Translations under genes and position numbers: made by a program
Source of the DNA: an uncultured Enterobacterales bacterium
Lineage (GTDB): Bacteria > Myxococcota_A > UBA796 > CAZKWG01
NCBI GenBank assembly: GCA_964615375.1
Contig: CAZTOW010000023.1
Span: forward strand, 43,866 to 107,865
Length of the DNA: 64,000 nt
Reading direction: 5' to 3'
Part shown: positions 39,901-46,458 of the stretch, piece by piece
Layout: the number at the start of each line of letters is the position of its first letter
Numbering within the stretch: the stretch's first letter is position 1
Notes under the pieces: model-generated
What the model saw: the letters and a program-made list of their open reading frames with translations, nothing else
Database searches by the model: none
Told to the model about the DNA's origin: nothing

Positions 39901-42799
39901 CAACGCCCCCCTGGACACCCAGGGGCTGCCCGAGCGGCGCTGGACGCGCGCGGACGCCCTGGACCTGGGCCCCGGGACGCAGGAGATCTGGGACTTGAGC
40001 CCGGACGCCTCCGAGGGGATGTGGTTCGCCACCGACGCGGGCGCCCTCCGCCTGGATCTCGGCGTCGGGACGGCTCTCCGCGTGGACCCCGCCGCCCCGC
40101 CCCAGGCGGGCCCCGCCCTGCTCTCCGGGGAGCCCGTGGGTGTCGCCCTGCGCGGCGTCGCCGCCTTCGTGCGCGGGGACCGGCTGCTGGGCGAGCCCTC
40201 CGCCCCCGGGGCCGTGCGCGCGGCGGTCTCGGCCTGCGGCGAGTCCGATCTGCTCCTGGACAACGGCGAGATCCTGCGGGTGCTGGGCCAGGGCCTCTCC
40301 CGCGAGGTCGTCCACGCTCCGCTGGCGACGCCCCGCGCCCTGGCCGTGCTCTGTTCGGAGGGCGCGCTCTCGGGCGCCTCCAGCCTCTGCGTAGGCGGGG
40401 ACGGGCTCTGGTGCCGGGGGATGGCGGGCCAGTGGACGGCGCTCTCTCTGCCCCTCCAGGATCCAGGCGCCGCGATCACCGCGCTCTACGCCCACGGCGC
40501 GGAGCTCTGGGCGGGTCACGAGGACGGGGAGGTCTGCCGCGCGGCGACCGGCGCGGCCTCCAGCGTCGCCTGCGTCACGCCCACCCCCTCCCTGGGCCCC
40601 GTGCGCGCCCTGGTGGAGGACGGGGCGGGCGGGGTCTGGGTGGGCGGCGACCGCGGCCTCGGGCGCCTGGTCCTGGGAGCGACGGGCGAGCTGACCGTGG
40701 TGGAGCCCCCGCGCCCGCTGCGCGCCCAGGGCGACGGCGAGCTCCAGTCGGGCATGAGCCTGGACCTCGCCGGCGCGGCGGTGAGCGGGCTCGACTTCGA
40801 CCGCGCCACCGGGACCCTCTGGGTCACCATGCCCGATCGCGGCGTCGTGCGCGTCGGCCAGCCCGCGCGCCGCTCCTTCTTCCGCAAGGCCGTCTCCCCC
40901 GTCGAGCGCACCGAGCCCGCCCCAAGCCTGGGTGGATCGGAGCGCCTCGAGGGGGTGGTCGTGGACGCCGCCTCCCGGGTCTGGGTGAGCGAGGGCGGCG
41001 GCCTCTACGAGCTCGACGGGCGCGCGCCGCCCACGTCCACGATGTGGGTGTTGACCCTGGCGATCGGGGGCGGGCTCACGGTCTTCGCGCTGGTCTGGGG
41101 CAGCATCCACTTCAGCCCGGTGGTGCGCGGGTGGCGCCGCGATCCCAGCTCGGTGGAGCGGGTTGGGCTAGATAATCTAGCTCCAGCCCTGCGCGTGCTC
41201 CGCCTCTACGCCCCCGGCTTTGCCCGGGCGTCCATCGGCTTCACGCGGCTGGGCGCGCTGGAGCGGCTGGCGCGGGTGTGGGGAGGCGCGCCCGAGCGGG
41301 TGCTCCCCGCGGCGGCCGAGGTGCTGGGTCTGGAGCCCGAGGGCGAGATCAAGGAGGCGTCTCTGCAGGTTCAGCTCTCGCTGGGGCTGGCGCTCAAGCG
41401 CAGGGACACGCTGCTGGTGCTGCTGCCGCAGGAGGGCGACCCCGACGCCTTCCTGCGCGAGCGCCTGGAGGCCCGCGCCTTCCACGAGCTCACCCCGGCC
41501 CTGGCCATCTGGCCCGGGGACGAGCCGCCCTTCCTGCACGGCGCCGTCTCGCTCACCGAGGCCGATCTGCGCGCGGTGGGCTGGTCGCGGCAGCCGAAGC
41601 GGGCGCTGGCCGGGCTGGTCTGGCAGCGCTCGGACATGCAGGGGCTCTCGCCCTACCAGGCGCACGGGGCCGTGCAGGACCCCCGGATGTTCTTCGGGCG
41701 GGACGCCGTCCTGCGCGAGCTCACCGCCGCCGGGCGTCGCCGGGCGCTCCTGGTCATCGGGCCCCGCCGCGTGGGCAAGACCAGCGTGCTGTTGCGTGCC
41801 GCCGCCGAGCTCGAGCGCCGCGGCGCCCGCACCGTCTACGTCACCCTGCGGGCCACCGTCGCCGGGCCCTACGATCTGGCCGTCGCGCTGGCCCGCGCCG
41901 CCCGCCTGCCCCTGCCGGATCCCCCGTCGGAGGAGAGCTCGGGGGCGGAGGCGGCGGGCCTGGGCGCCTGGATCCGGGCCAACCTGAGCGGGGCCAACCT
42001 CCTGCTGGACGAGGCCGACGCCTTTCTGCGCAATGACCGCGCGCGGGGCAGCCAGACCTCGGAGGAGCTGCGCTCGCTCATCCAGGAGGGCGTCTGCGCG
42101 CTGGCCCTGGCCGGCTACGGCACGCTCTACCGCGCCGCGCTCTCCCAGGCGGAGACCGCCTACAACCTGGGCGAGCCGCTCTTCCTCGGCAGCCTGGAGC
42201 GCGAGGCCGCCCTGCGTCTCGCCACCGAGCCCATGGAGCGGGTGGGCATCCAGTGGGCGGACCCGGAGCTGGCCGAGCGCCTGGTGGCGACGCTGGGCAT
42301 GTTGCCCCACCTGATTCAGGAGGCCTGCAGGCGCCTGCTGCTGCGCGTGCGCGGCTTCCGCGAGCCCGTGTTGAACTCCGCCGATCTGTACGCGGTGCTG
42401 GGCGACTGGCGTCCCGAGGGCGAGCCGTCCAGCCTGCGCGAGTTGCTTGTCATCAACGTGGAGACCAACCTGAAGGGCCCGGCCCAGGCCGCCGTCTGGC
42501 TGCTGGCGGACGAGCTGAGCGTCGGGTTTTCGCTCTCCGAGCTGGGTGACGCGCTGCACGGCGCGGGCTTCGTGGATCTGGACACCGAGCGTGTGTTGGA
42601 GATCGGGCTCGCGTTGCAGGTAGCCGGCGTGTGTCAGCGCGGGGCGGACCACCACCGCTTCCTGGTGCCCCTGCTGGGCGAGGCGGTGAGCCACCTGGAC
42701 GTCGGCTACCGGGTGGCCGGGCTGCGGGACGCCTGGAAGGCGATGGAGCCTGGGGCCCGGCGGGGCTTCAAGTTCTGGGGCGGGGAGGGGGAGGGGTGA
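36926..42799 (+). CDS. 1,957-aa membrane sensor: signal peptide, extracytoplasmic multi-beta-propeller (two-component-regulator-propeller-type blades), one TM helix, cytoplasmic AAA+/STAND-type P-loop NTPase
   Basis: ATG 36926. Signal peptide MSARLPLLALLLGLTVQAA. More than 20 copies of G-x-(L/V/I)-W-(F/V/I)-(G/A)-(T/S)-x-x-G-(L/A), e.g. GRLWFATDGGGL, GQLWFGTEDAGL, GELWIGTEGGGL. TM helix MWVLTLAIGGGLTVFALVWGSIHF (41042-41113). FFGRD...LLVIGPRRVGKTS Walker A (41759-41785). NLLLDEAD Walker B (41996-42019). Confidence 0.85.
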   Translation: MSARLPLLALLLGLTVQAAKDVREVLRATALRLPSDPEGQDPWAGGRVEVCWSAPGADPTLAVRVYAGSLDEPMSAWEPVAGPLLGRSCWRGPWEPDRAWAVAPVRDGVEGERALARGTALRARSRVPVEARLEGDQVTAIAEGGGRLWFATDGGGLSAAPLSGDLAPWEAPWTTWRQADGPGADRLGAVLYEAAASRVWVGARGRVAALNLQDGTWRAYGVRDGLPEGLITTLLVPELGSVVAAAEGGQIVQFDPRSERWVTLAELETQDPGARVLGADGDGRFWISTSEGLRSFNPRDDRWARLACPGRVTAMLHDAAGQLWFGTEDAGLMVVREGRCEPVSAPPDGAWPAIRALLDGERGPLVGADRGLLRWVSAEGRWESGASDPSLAGLAGLPITGLHRDERGALWVAVRHEGLRRVDPDGAVSAARPASVLRAGPVGVVITTNGQVWFGSEGGISRLTLGTGAWSWWRSPSVGVTGGVSALAVGGAGELQTLWAGGQGAVARFLPTMERWDSFALPRPESRVLSILVDEPALWVGTDAGLLRFDLASGAWDEPFRGGWLERARVQALLRDSAGGLWVGTPQGALRLEASEGLELLPAGGALSGLDVAAIEQDGSGALWFSSTRGDLVQLLPASGDTRRVQLDPGDAITGMALNYDRLWFASERGLSVRESARFDGGLQQRVEARGTRGVAVDSGGRVWLATARGALRWDPETGISRRYPAALGEPEDEARVRASVTAGGGRVWLGTEAGSVLLVDAQGVVRDRLDGEDGLPGAPVRALYWDEVGELWIGTEGGGLVRVKVAASGVGAPEAMQIYRAADGLGSDQVLALTSRVSGELSVLTDRGAVLFEKASGFRPLSLPSGLRGALRSFAWRGLDELWVGTGEAVGWRVQPSGQAPIRVREPAPGASWATGVNVFFKDQDGNLWLGLEGGGLGRKGEQGVEPVTVDGAGPGLEVRAIREAAGRIWLATNQGAFWRPVGSPQGYEQTNAPLDTQGLPERRWTRADALDLGPGTQEIWDLSPDASEGMWFATDAGALRLDLGVGTALRVDPAAPPQAGPALLSGEPVGVALRGVAAFVRGDRLLGEPSAPGAVRAAVSACGESDLLLDNGEILRVLGQGLSREVVHAPLATPRALAVLCSEGALSGASSLCVGGDGLWCRGMAGQWTALSLPLQDPGAAITALYAHGAELWAGHEDGEVCRAATGAASSVACVTPTPSLGPVRALVEDGAGGVWVGGDRGLGRLVLGATGELTVVEPPRPLRAQGDGELQSGMSLDLAGAAVSGLDFDRATGTLWVTMPDRGVVRVGQPARRSFFRKAVSPVERTEPAPSLGGSERLEGVVVDAASRVWVSEGGGLYELDGRAPPTSTMWVLTLAIGGGLTVFALVWGSIHFSPVVRGWRRDPSSVERVGLDNLAPALRVLRLYAPGFARASIGFTRLGALERLARVWGGAPERVLPAAAEVLGLEPEGEIKEASLQVQLSLGLALKRRDTLLVLLPQEGDPDAFLRERLEARAFHELTPALAIWPGDEPPFLHGAVSLTEADLRAVGWSRQPKRALAGLVWQRSDMQGLSPYQAHGAVQDPRMFFGRDAVLRELTAAGRRRALLVIGPRRVGKTSVLLRAAAELERRGARTVYVTLRATVAGPYDLAVALARAARLPLPDPPSEESSGAEAAGLGAWIRANLSGANLLLDEADAFLRNDRARGSQTSEELRSLIQEGVCALALAGYGTLYRAALSQAETAYNLGEPLFLGSLEREAALRLATEPMERVGIQWADPELAERLVATLGMLPHLIQEACRRLLLRVRGFREPVLNSADLYAVLGDWRPEGEPSSLRELLVINVETNLKGPAQAAVWLLADELSVGFSLSELGDALHGAGFVDLDTERVLEIGLALQVAGVCQRGADHHRFLVPLLGEAVSHLDVGYRVAGLRDAWKAMEPGARRGFKFWGGEGEG

Positions 42800-42999
42800 T
42801 GTCGCCTGTCCCAGGCGGGGCCATCGTTGGCCAGGCGGGTCTGGCTGCCGGTGTCGTGTTGGCGGGGATCCGGCCCTGGCTGAGGGACACCGCGTTTCGG
42901 GGCCGCGTCCAATACGTCGGCGCCACGGACGGCGAGGACGCAGAGCGCTGCGACGGGTACTGGCTGTTCACGGCCTCCTGGGCTGGAGAGCTCCCATGA
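42799..42999 (+). pseudogene. 5'-truncated relic of a cassette lipoprotein gene (could be expressed as a 66-aa chimeric ORF)
   Basis: ATG 42799 overlaps the stop of the sensor gene (TGATG). The last ~40 codons (WLRDTAFRGRVQYVGATDGEDAERCDGYWLFTASWAGELP) are near-identical to the 3' end of the gene at 43115-43636. The N-terminal 25 aa are unrelated and hydrophobic. Confidence 0.5.
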
Positions 43000-43125
43000 T
43001 CGGCGCGGCTGTGCGGAGGGTCAGCCTCTCTGCGGCGGGGGCGGTGGTGCGCACCCACGTGAGCCGAGGGCCCTTCATTCTCCTCTCGCCGACCGAGCTC
43101 TCGTGGGTGATACTATGACCTGCCA
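42876..43125 (+). repeat. Direct repeat copy 1 (~250 bp): cassette gene 3' end + intergenic spacer + next start codon region
   Basis: Aligns base-for-base with 43513-43762 (offset 637 nt). I counted only about 6 mismatches before similarity decays after the ATG, and roughly 140 bp are identical. Confidence 0.9.
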
Positions 43126-43636
43126 GATCCGTTGCCCTGGCGGGAAGCCGAATGCCCGGCGCCAATCCCCATCGCTGATAGGATGCATGGTATGGATGAG
43201 TCTTTCAGGGTGTTCTAGTGAACTGGTCCCTCAGAATGGTGGCTATCTGTTTGATGGTGTTGCATATGTGCAGGACTGCGCGGGTGGTGATGATACAGGA
43301 GGTTGGCCGCTGCTAGAGTACGACCTTCAGCATGCGTCGAGCGCGCGGATCCGAGATGTTCGTGGGCGAGACTTTCAGTTTGCCACTATCATCTCGTCTC
43401 GTGTAGTCAACGTGCTCACCCTCGACTGTAGCATCACAGACGCCGACGCCCACACCTTCGAATGCTCCCCCTACACCGACGGGCAGGGGAACTCCTGGTC
43501 CGCGACCGGCGTCTGGCTGAGCGACACCGTGTTTCGGGGCCGCGTCCAATACGTCGGCGCCACGGACGGCGAGGACGCAGAGCGCTGCGACGGGTACTGG
43601 CTGTTCACGGCCTCCTGGGCTGGAGAGCTCCCATGA
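43115..43636 (+). CDS. Small Cys-containing lipoprotein, cassette paralogue 1
   Basis: Lipobox MSLSGC (ATG 43115; GTG 43103 also possible). Visibly lower-GC body. Conserved family motifs GGY.F, DC, LDC, AHTFEC, GVWLSDT, GYWLF. Confidence 0.7.
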   Translation: MTCQIRCPGGKPNARRQSPSLIGCMVWMSLSGCSSELVPQNGGYLFDGVAYVQDCAGGDDTGGWPLLEYDLQHASSARIRDVRGRDFQFATIISSRVVNVLTLDCSITDADAHTFECSPYTDGQGNSWSATGVWLSDTVFRGRVQYVGATDGEDAERCDGYWLFTASWAGELP

Positions 43637-43762
43637 TCGGCGCGGCTGTGCGGAGGGTCAGCCTCTCTGCAGCGGGGGCGGTGGTGCGCACCTACGTGAG
43701 CCGAGGGCCTTTCATTCTCCTCTCGCCGACCGAGCTCTCGTGGGTGATCCTATGACATGCCT
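43513..43762 (+). repeat. Direct repeat copy 2 (~250 bp)
   Basis: See copy 1 at 42876-43125. Confidence 0.9.
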
Positions 43763-44276
43763 GACCAGTTCTCTCAGGATTCGATGGAATGCCCGGCGCT
43801 TGCCCCTCCTGCTGGTTTCGTGCCTGATGCTGCCTGACTTGTTCGGGTGTTCCGATGAATGGACGCCTCTGGAGGGAGGGTACTGGTTCGACGACGTCAC
43901 GTACGTACCGGACTGCGCGGCCGCTGACGATACGGGTGGATGGCCGCTGACGAAGTACAGTAATCTAGAGGGGGGGGGATTGGGGATTGATGACGTTCAC
44001 GAGGCAGCCTTTCATCTTACAATGTCTGCCCTTTACACTTCTTGGTTCAACACCCTTTCTATGGATTGTCACCTCACAGATACAGACGCCCACACCTTCG
44101 AATGCTCCACCTACGCCGACAGTCAAGGGAATTCCTGGACCTCGAGCGGCGTCTGGCTCAGCGACACCAATTTGCGTGGCCGCAATGAGTATGTTGGCGT
44201 CACAGACACCGATGACGCGGATCCCTGCAAAGGTTACTGGCTGTTTTCGGCTTACTGGGTTGGTCCGCCCCTATGA
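43752..44276 (+). CDS. Small Cys-containing lipoprotein, cassette paralogue 2
   Basis: Signal plus lipobox RRLPLLLVSCLMLPDLFGC. Shares GGYWF, DC, MDC, DAHTFEC, GNSW, GVWLSDT, GYWLF with paralogue 1, roughly half the residues by eye. Lower-GC body. Confidence 0.7.
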   Translation: MTCLTSSLRIRWNARRLPLLLVSCLMLPDLFGCSDEWTPLEGGYWFDDVTYVPDCAAADDTGGWPLTKYSNLEGGGLGIDDVHEAAFHLTMSALYTSWFNTLSMDCHLTDTDAHTFECSTYADSQGNSWTSSGVWLSDTNLRGRNEYVGVTDTDDADPCKGYWLFSAYWVGPPL

Positions 44277-44348
44277 TCGGCGACCGCCTGCCGCGACCGA
44301 CGGGATTCGCCCTGTCCCTCCAACCCTACACGACACACGGAGAGCCCC

Positions 44349-44705
44349 ATGGCCACACAGTCCCGCCGTATCCTGGACCGTCAGACGCTCGTCACCGGCG
44401 ACGCGATGGATCTCACCGAGGCGACGGACCTCGCGGAGTACAGCACGCTGGAGATCGTGATCACGGTGCACACGGCGGACACGCCCGAGGCGGGCGCGAG
44501 CGCCGCGGAGCTGGTGGTGCGGCACGCGCCCGTGGCAGAGGAGGACGGCTGGCTGGACTTCGAGACCGCCGTGACCGTGGATCTGAGCGTGGCGGGGAAG
44601 ACCTGGCGTCACATCTCGTCGTTCACGCGCTTCCTCGGGTGGTCGGTCTCGGGGAGCCTGGCGTCCTCGGCCGTGGTGACGCTCGACGTCGTGGCGAAGG
44701 ACTGA
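44349..44705 (+). CDS. Small acidic cytoplasmic hypothetical protein (118 aa) embedded in the lipoprotein array
   Basis: ATG 44349 preceded by GGAGAG. No signal peptide. Beta-strand-like pattern (TLEIVITVHT, ELVVRHAP, AVTVDLSV, AVVTLDVV). Stop is 4 nt before the next start. Confidence 0.55.
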   Translation: MATQSRRILDRQTLVTGDAMDLTEATDLAEYSTLEIVITVHTADTPEAGASAAELVVRHAPVAEEDGWLDFETAVTVDLSVAGKTWRHISSFTRFLGWSVSGSLASSAVVTLDVVAKD

Positions 44706-44709
44706 GCCG

Positions 44710-45198
44710 ATGGCGCCGACCCCGGGTCGCGTTCATCGGGTCCTGATCGGGCACACGCCCCTGGTCCTCTCCCTGCTCACGAGCTGTGGATTCCGCCCGG
44801 AGGAGGGCACCTACGCCGTCACCGACGTGATCGGTCGGCTGGAGTGCTGGCAGACCGGGGAGACGGTCACGACGATCGAGGACGAGGGTGGCGAGCTGGT
44901 CGTGAGCGGCGTGGACCGGGAGCTCTTCAACCTCCACCTCGGGAGCTGCCCTGGCGGGATGTGCACCACGCTCGACGTCTCGTGCGTGCTGGGCGAGGTC
45001 GGCGAGCTCGCGTTCGCATGCGATCCGATCATCGACGCCGACGATCAGATGTGGGGCGTGAGCGGGGTGTGGCTCTCGACGACGGCCTTGCAGGCGCAGC
45101 TCACCTACGACTCCTGCTCGGAGGGGCGGTGGTACGGGGACTGCGCGTGCCTGGGGGACTGGTTCTTCGACGCCGCGCTGGCGGGGGTGGAGGGCTGA
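44710..45198 (+). CDS. Small Cys-rich lipoprotein, distant cassette paralogue 3
   Basis: Lipobox LVLSLLTSC. Retains GTY...V, FACD, MWGVSGVWLSTT and GDWFFDA equivalents of the family motifs, with extra cysteines. High GC like the host. Confidence 0.65.
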   Translation: MAPTPGRVHRVLIGHTPLVLSLLTSCGFRPEEGTYAVTDVIGRLECWQTGETVTTIEDEGGELVVSGVDRELFNLHLGSCPGGMCTTLDVSCVLGEVGELAFACDPIIDADDQMWGVSGVWLSTTALQAQLTYDSCSEGRWYGDCACLGDWFFDAALAGVEG

Positions 45199-45213
45199 TC
45201 ATCCGAGAGCGGC

Positions 45214-45237
45214 CCCCTCGGCCCCTGCGCCGAGGGG
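45214..45237. terminator. GC-rich hairpin between convergent genes (9-bp stem CCCCTCGGC / GCCGAGGGG, 6-nt loop)
   Basis: Read directly. It lies between the stop at 45198 (+) and the stop at 45247 (-). No U-tract. Confidence 0.45.
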
Positions 45238-45246
45238 CTCCAGCCC

Positions 45247-46413
45247 TCAATCGTCGTACGCCGGGGGCCAGACCCCCCGGTCCAGGAGCGGCAGGACCCG
45301 GAGCTCCACCTCGCCCGCGGGCAGGCCGGCGGGGAGGGCGAGCGCCTCGGGCAGGGGGAGCACGGGCCGACCCAGGATCCAGCGCGCGCCGAGGCCGCTG
45401 ACCCGAGGGCGGGCGCCGACCACCCAGGACGTCCCCACGGCGGGCTGGGCGAGGACCACGCAGGAGGCGCCCTCGCAGCGCTCCCGCCAGGCGACGATCT
45501 CCTGGATGTGGATGGAGCTGCTGCGCTCGCCGGCGCGCAGCTCGAGGAAGCCATCCGGGCTCAGGCTCACCTGGTCGGGGACGCGGATCTCGGCCGGCGG
45601 CGCGGGGGCGGGCGTGGCGGGCCGGGTGGTGCGGGGGCCACCACTCCCCAGCACGGGCAGCTCCCCGAAGCGGTCGACGAGCCCGTCCAGGCCGCGCGTG
45701 AACGTTCCCCAGGGCACGTCGTCGTCGATCGTGAACACCAGGAAGGGCGAGGTGTCGAGGCCGCTCGTGGCGGCCAGGAGCTCGTCCACGGTCGGCCAGG
45801 GGTCTCCGCCGGGCGGGAGCGGCGCGCGCACGAAGAGCGTGTCCGTGTATCCGGCGCCGATCTCGTCGGAGCGGAGGTGGACGGTCAGCGGCGGCCTCCC
45901 GATGGCCGCGCCGATCCCAACCTCCCGCCCGACCGCGGTGGGGACGGCCCAGCCGCGCGTGGCGTCGGGGGCCTCCTCCAGGTCCCAGTGGGTGTAGCCC
46001 AGGGTCTCGAGGGTGTAGAGGGCGGGGCGGATCTCGCCGAAGGTGCGCGTCGGAGCGACCCAGATCCGGGCCCGGCACTCGCCGGGGAGCCCCTCGCCGA
46101 CGGACAGGCAGGGCCCGCCGAGGGCCTCCTCCAGGGCGGGGATCGTCCTGGTCTGCGGATCCTCCGAGGGGTCGAGCCGTGTGCGCCCGAGGCACAGCAC
46201 GCCGTCGGCGTCCATCACGAGCCGCGCCGAGCCCTCGGGCAGCGGGCCGGTCGCGCGCGCCCACTCGGGCGACGGGGGCGCGCAGGCGGCGAGGCAGGCC
46301 GCCGCGAAGAGGCCGCTGAGCCAGCACCTCGCTCCGATCACCGCGCCTCCTCCTTCTGGTCGACCATAGCGGACGCCAGGGGTTCCCGCTGAGGCTTGAC
46401 GTTCGCGGGGCAT
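45247..46413 (-). CDS. Hypothetical lipoprotein
   Basis: Lipobox-like LFAAACLAAC after an Arg-rich N-terminus (an internal start is possible). Coding-like composition; no confident family. Confidence 0.6.
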   Translation of the reverse strand: MPRERQASAGTPGVRYGRPEGGGAVIGARCWLSGLFAAACLAACAPPSPEWARATGPLPEGSARLVMDADGVLCLGRTRLDPSEDPQTRTIPALEEALGGPCLSVGEGLPGECRARIWVAPTRTFGEIRPALYTLETLGYTHWDLEEAPDATRGWAVPTAVGREVGIGAAIGRPPLTVHLRSDEIGAGYTDTLFVRAPLPPGGDPWPTVDELLAATSGLDTSPFLVFTIDDDVPWGTFTRGLDGLVDRFGELPVLGSGGPRTTRPATPAPAPPAEIRVPDQVSLSPDGFLELRAGERSSSIHIQEIVAWRERCEGASCVVLAQPAVGTSWVVGARPRVSGLGARWILGRPVLPLPEALALPAGLPAGEVELRVLPLLDRGVWPPAYDD

Positions 46414-46458
46414 CGGTCACCATGGTGTCCATCCCGTCCTCTCGCAGGAGCACGCCTC

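Noticed and set aside
33741-41110. Very long minus-strand ORFs 33741-36662 (973 aa) and 37808-41110 (1,100 aa)
   Set aside because: Antisense to the TolC-like gene and to genes A and B of the candidate system. They show Arg/Gly/Pro/Ala/His-rich junk composition, whereas the plus-strand frames carry ordered catalytic, repeat, TM and Walker motifs.
42996-43118. 40-aa ORF (MIGAAVRRVSLSAAGAVVRT.VSRGPFILLSPTELSWVIL) starting with ATGA at the end of each cassette; second copy at 43633-43755
   Set aside because: It is conserved only because it lies inside the recent ~250-bp duplication. After paralogue 2 only the first 4 codons persist. I treat it as intergenic spacer rather than a gene, although translation is not excluded.
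42876-43762. CRISPR array, integron attC sites or a diversity-generating retroelement (TR/VR pair) as explanations for the direct repeat
   Set aside because: There are only two copies of a 250-bp unit that includes coding sequence, so it is not a CRISPR array. No integrase and no convincing attC-type imperfect palindrome are present. No reverse transcriptase is nearby, and the mismatches are mostly transitions rather than adenine-specific, so it is not a DGR.
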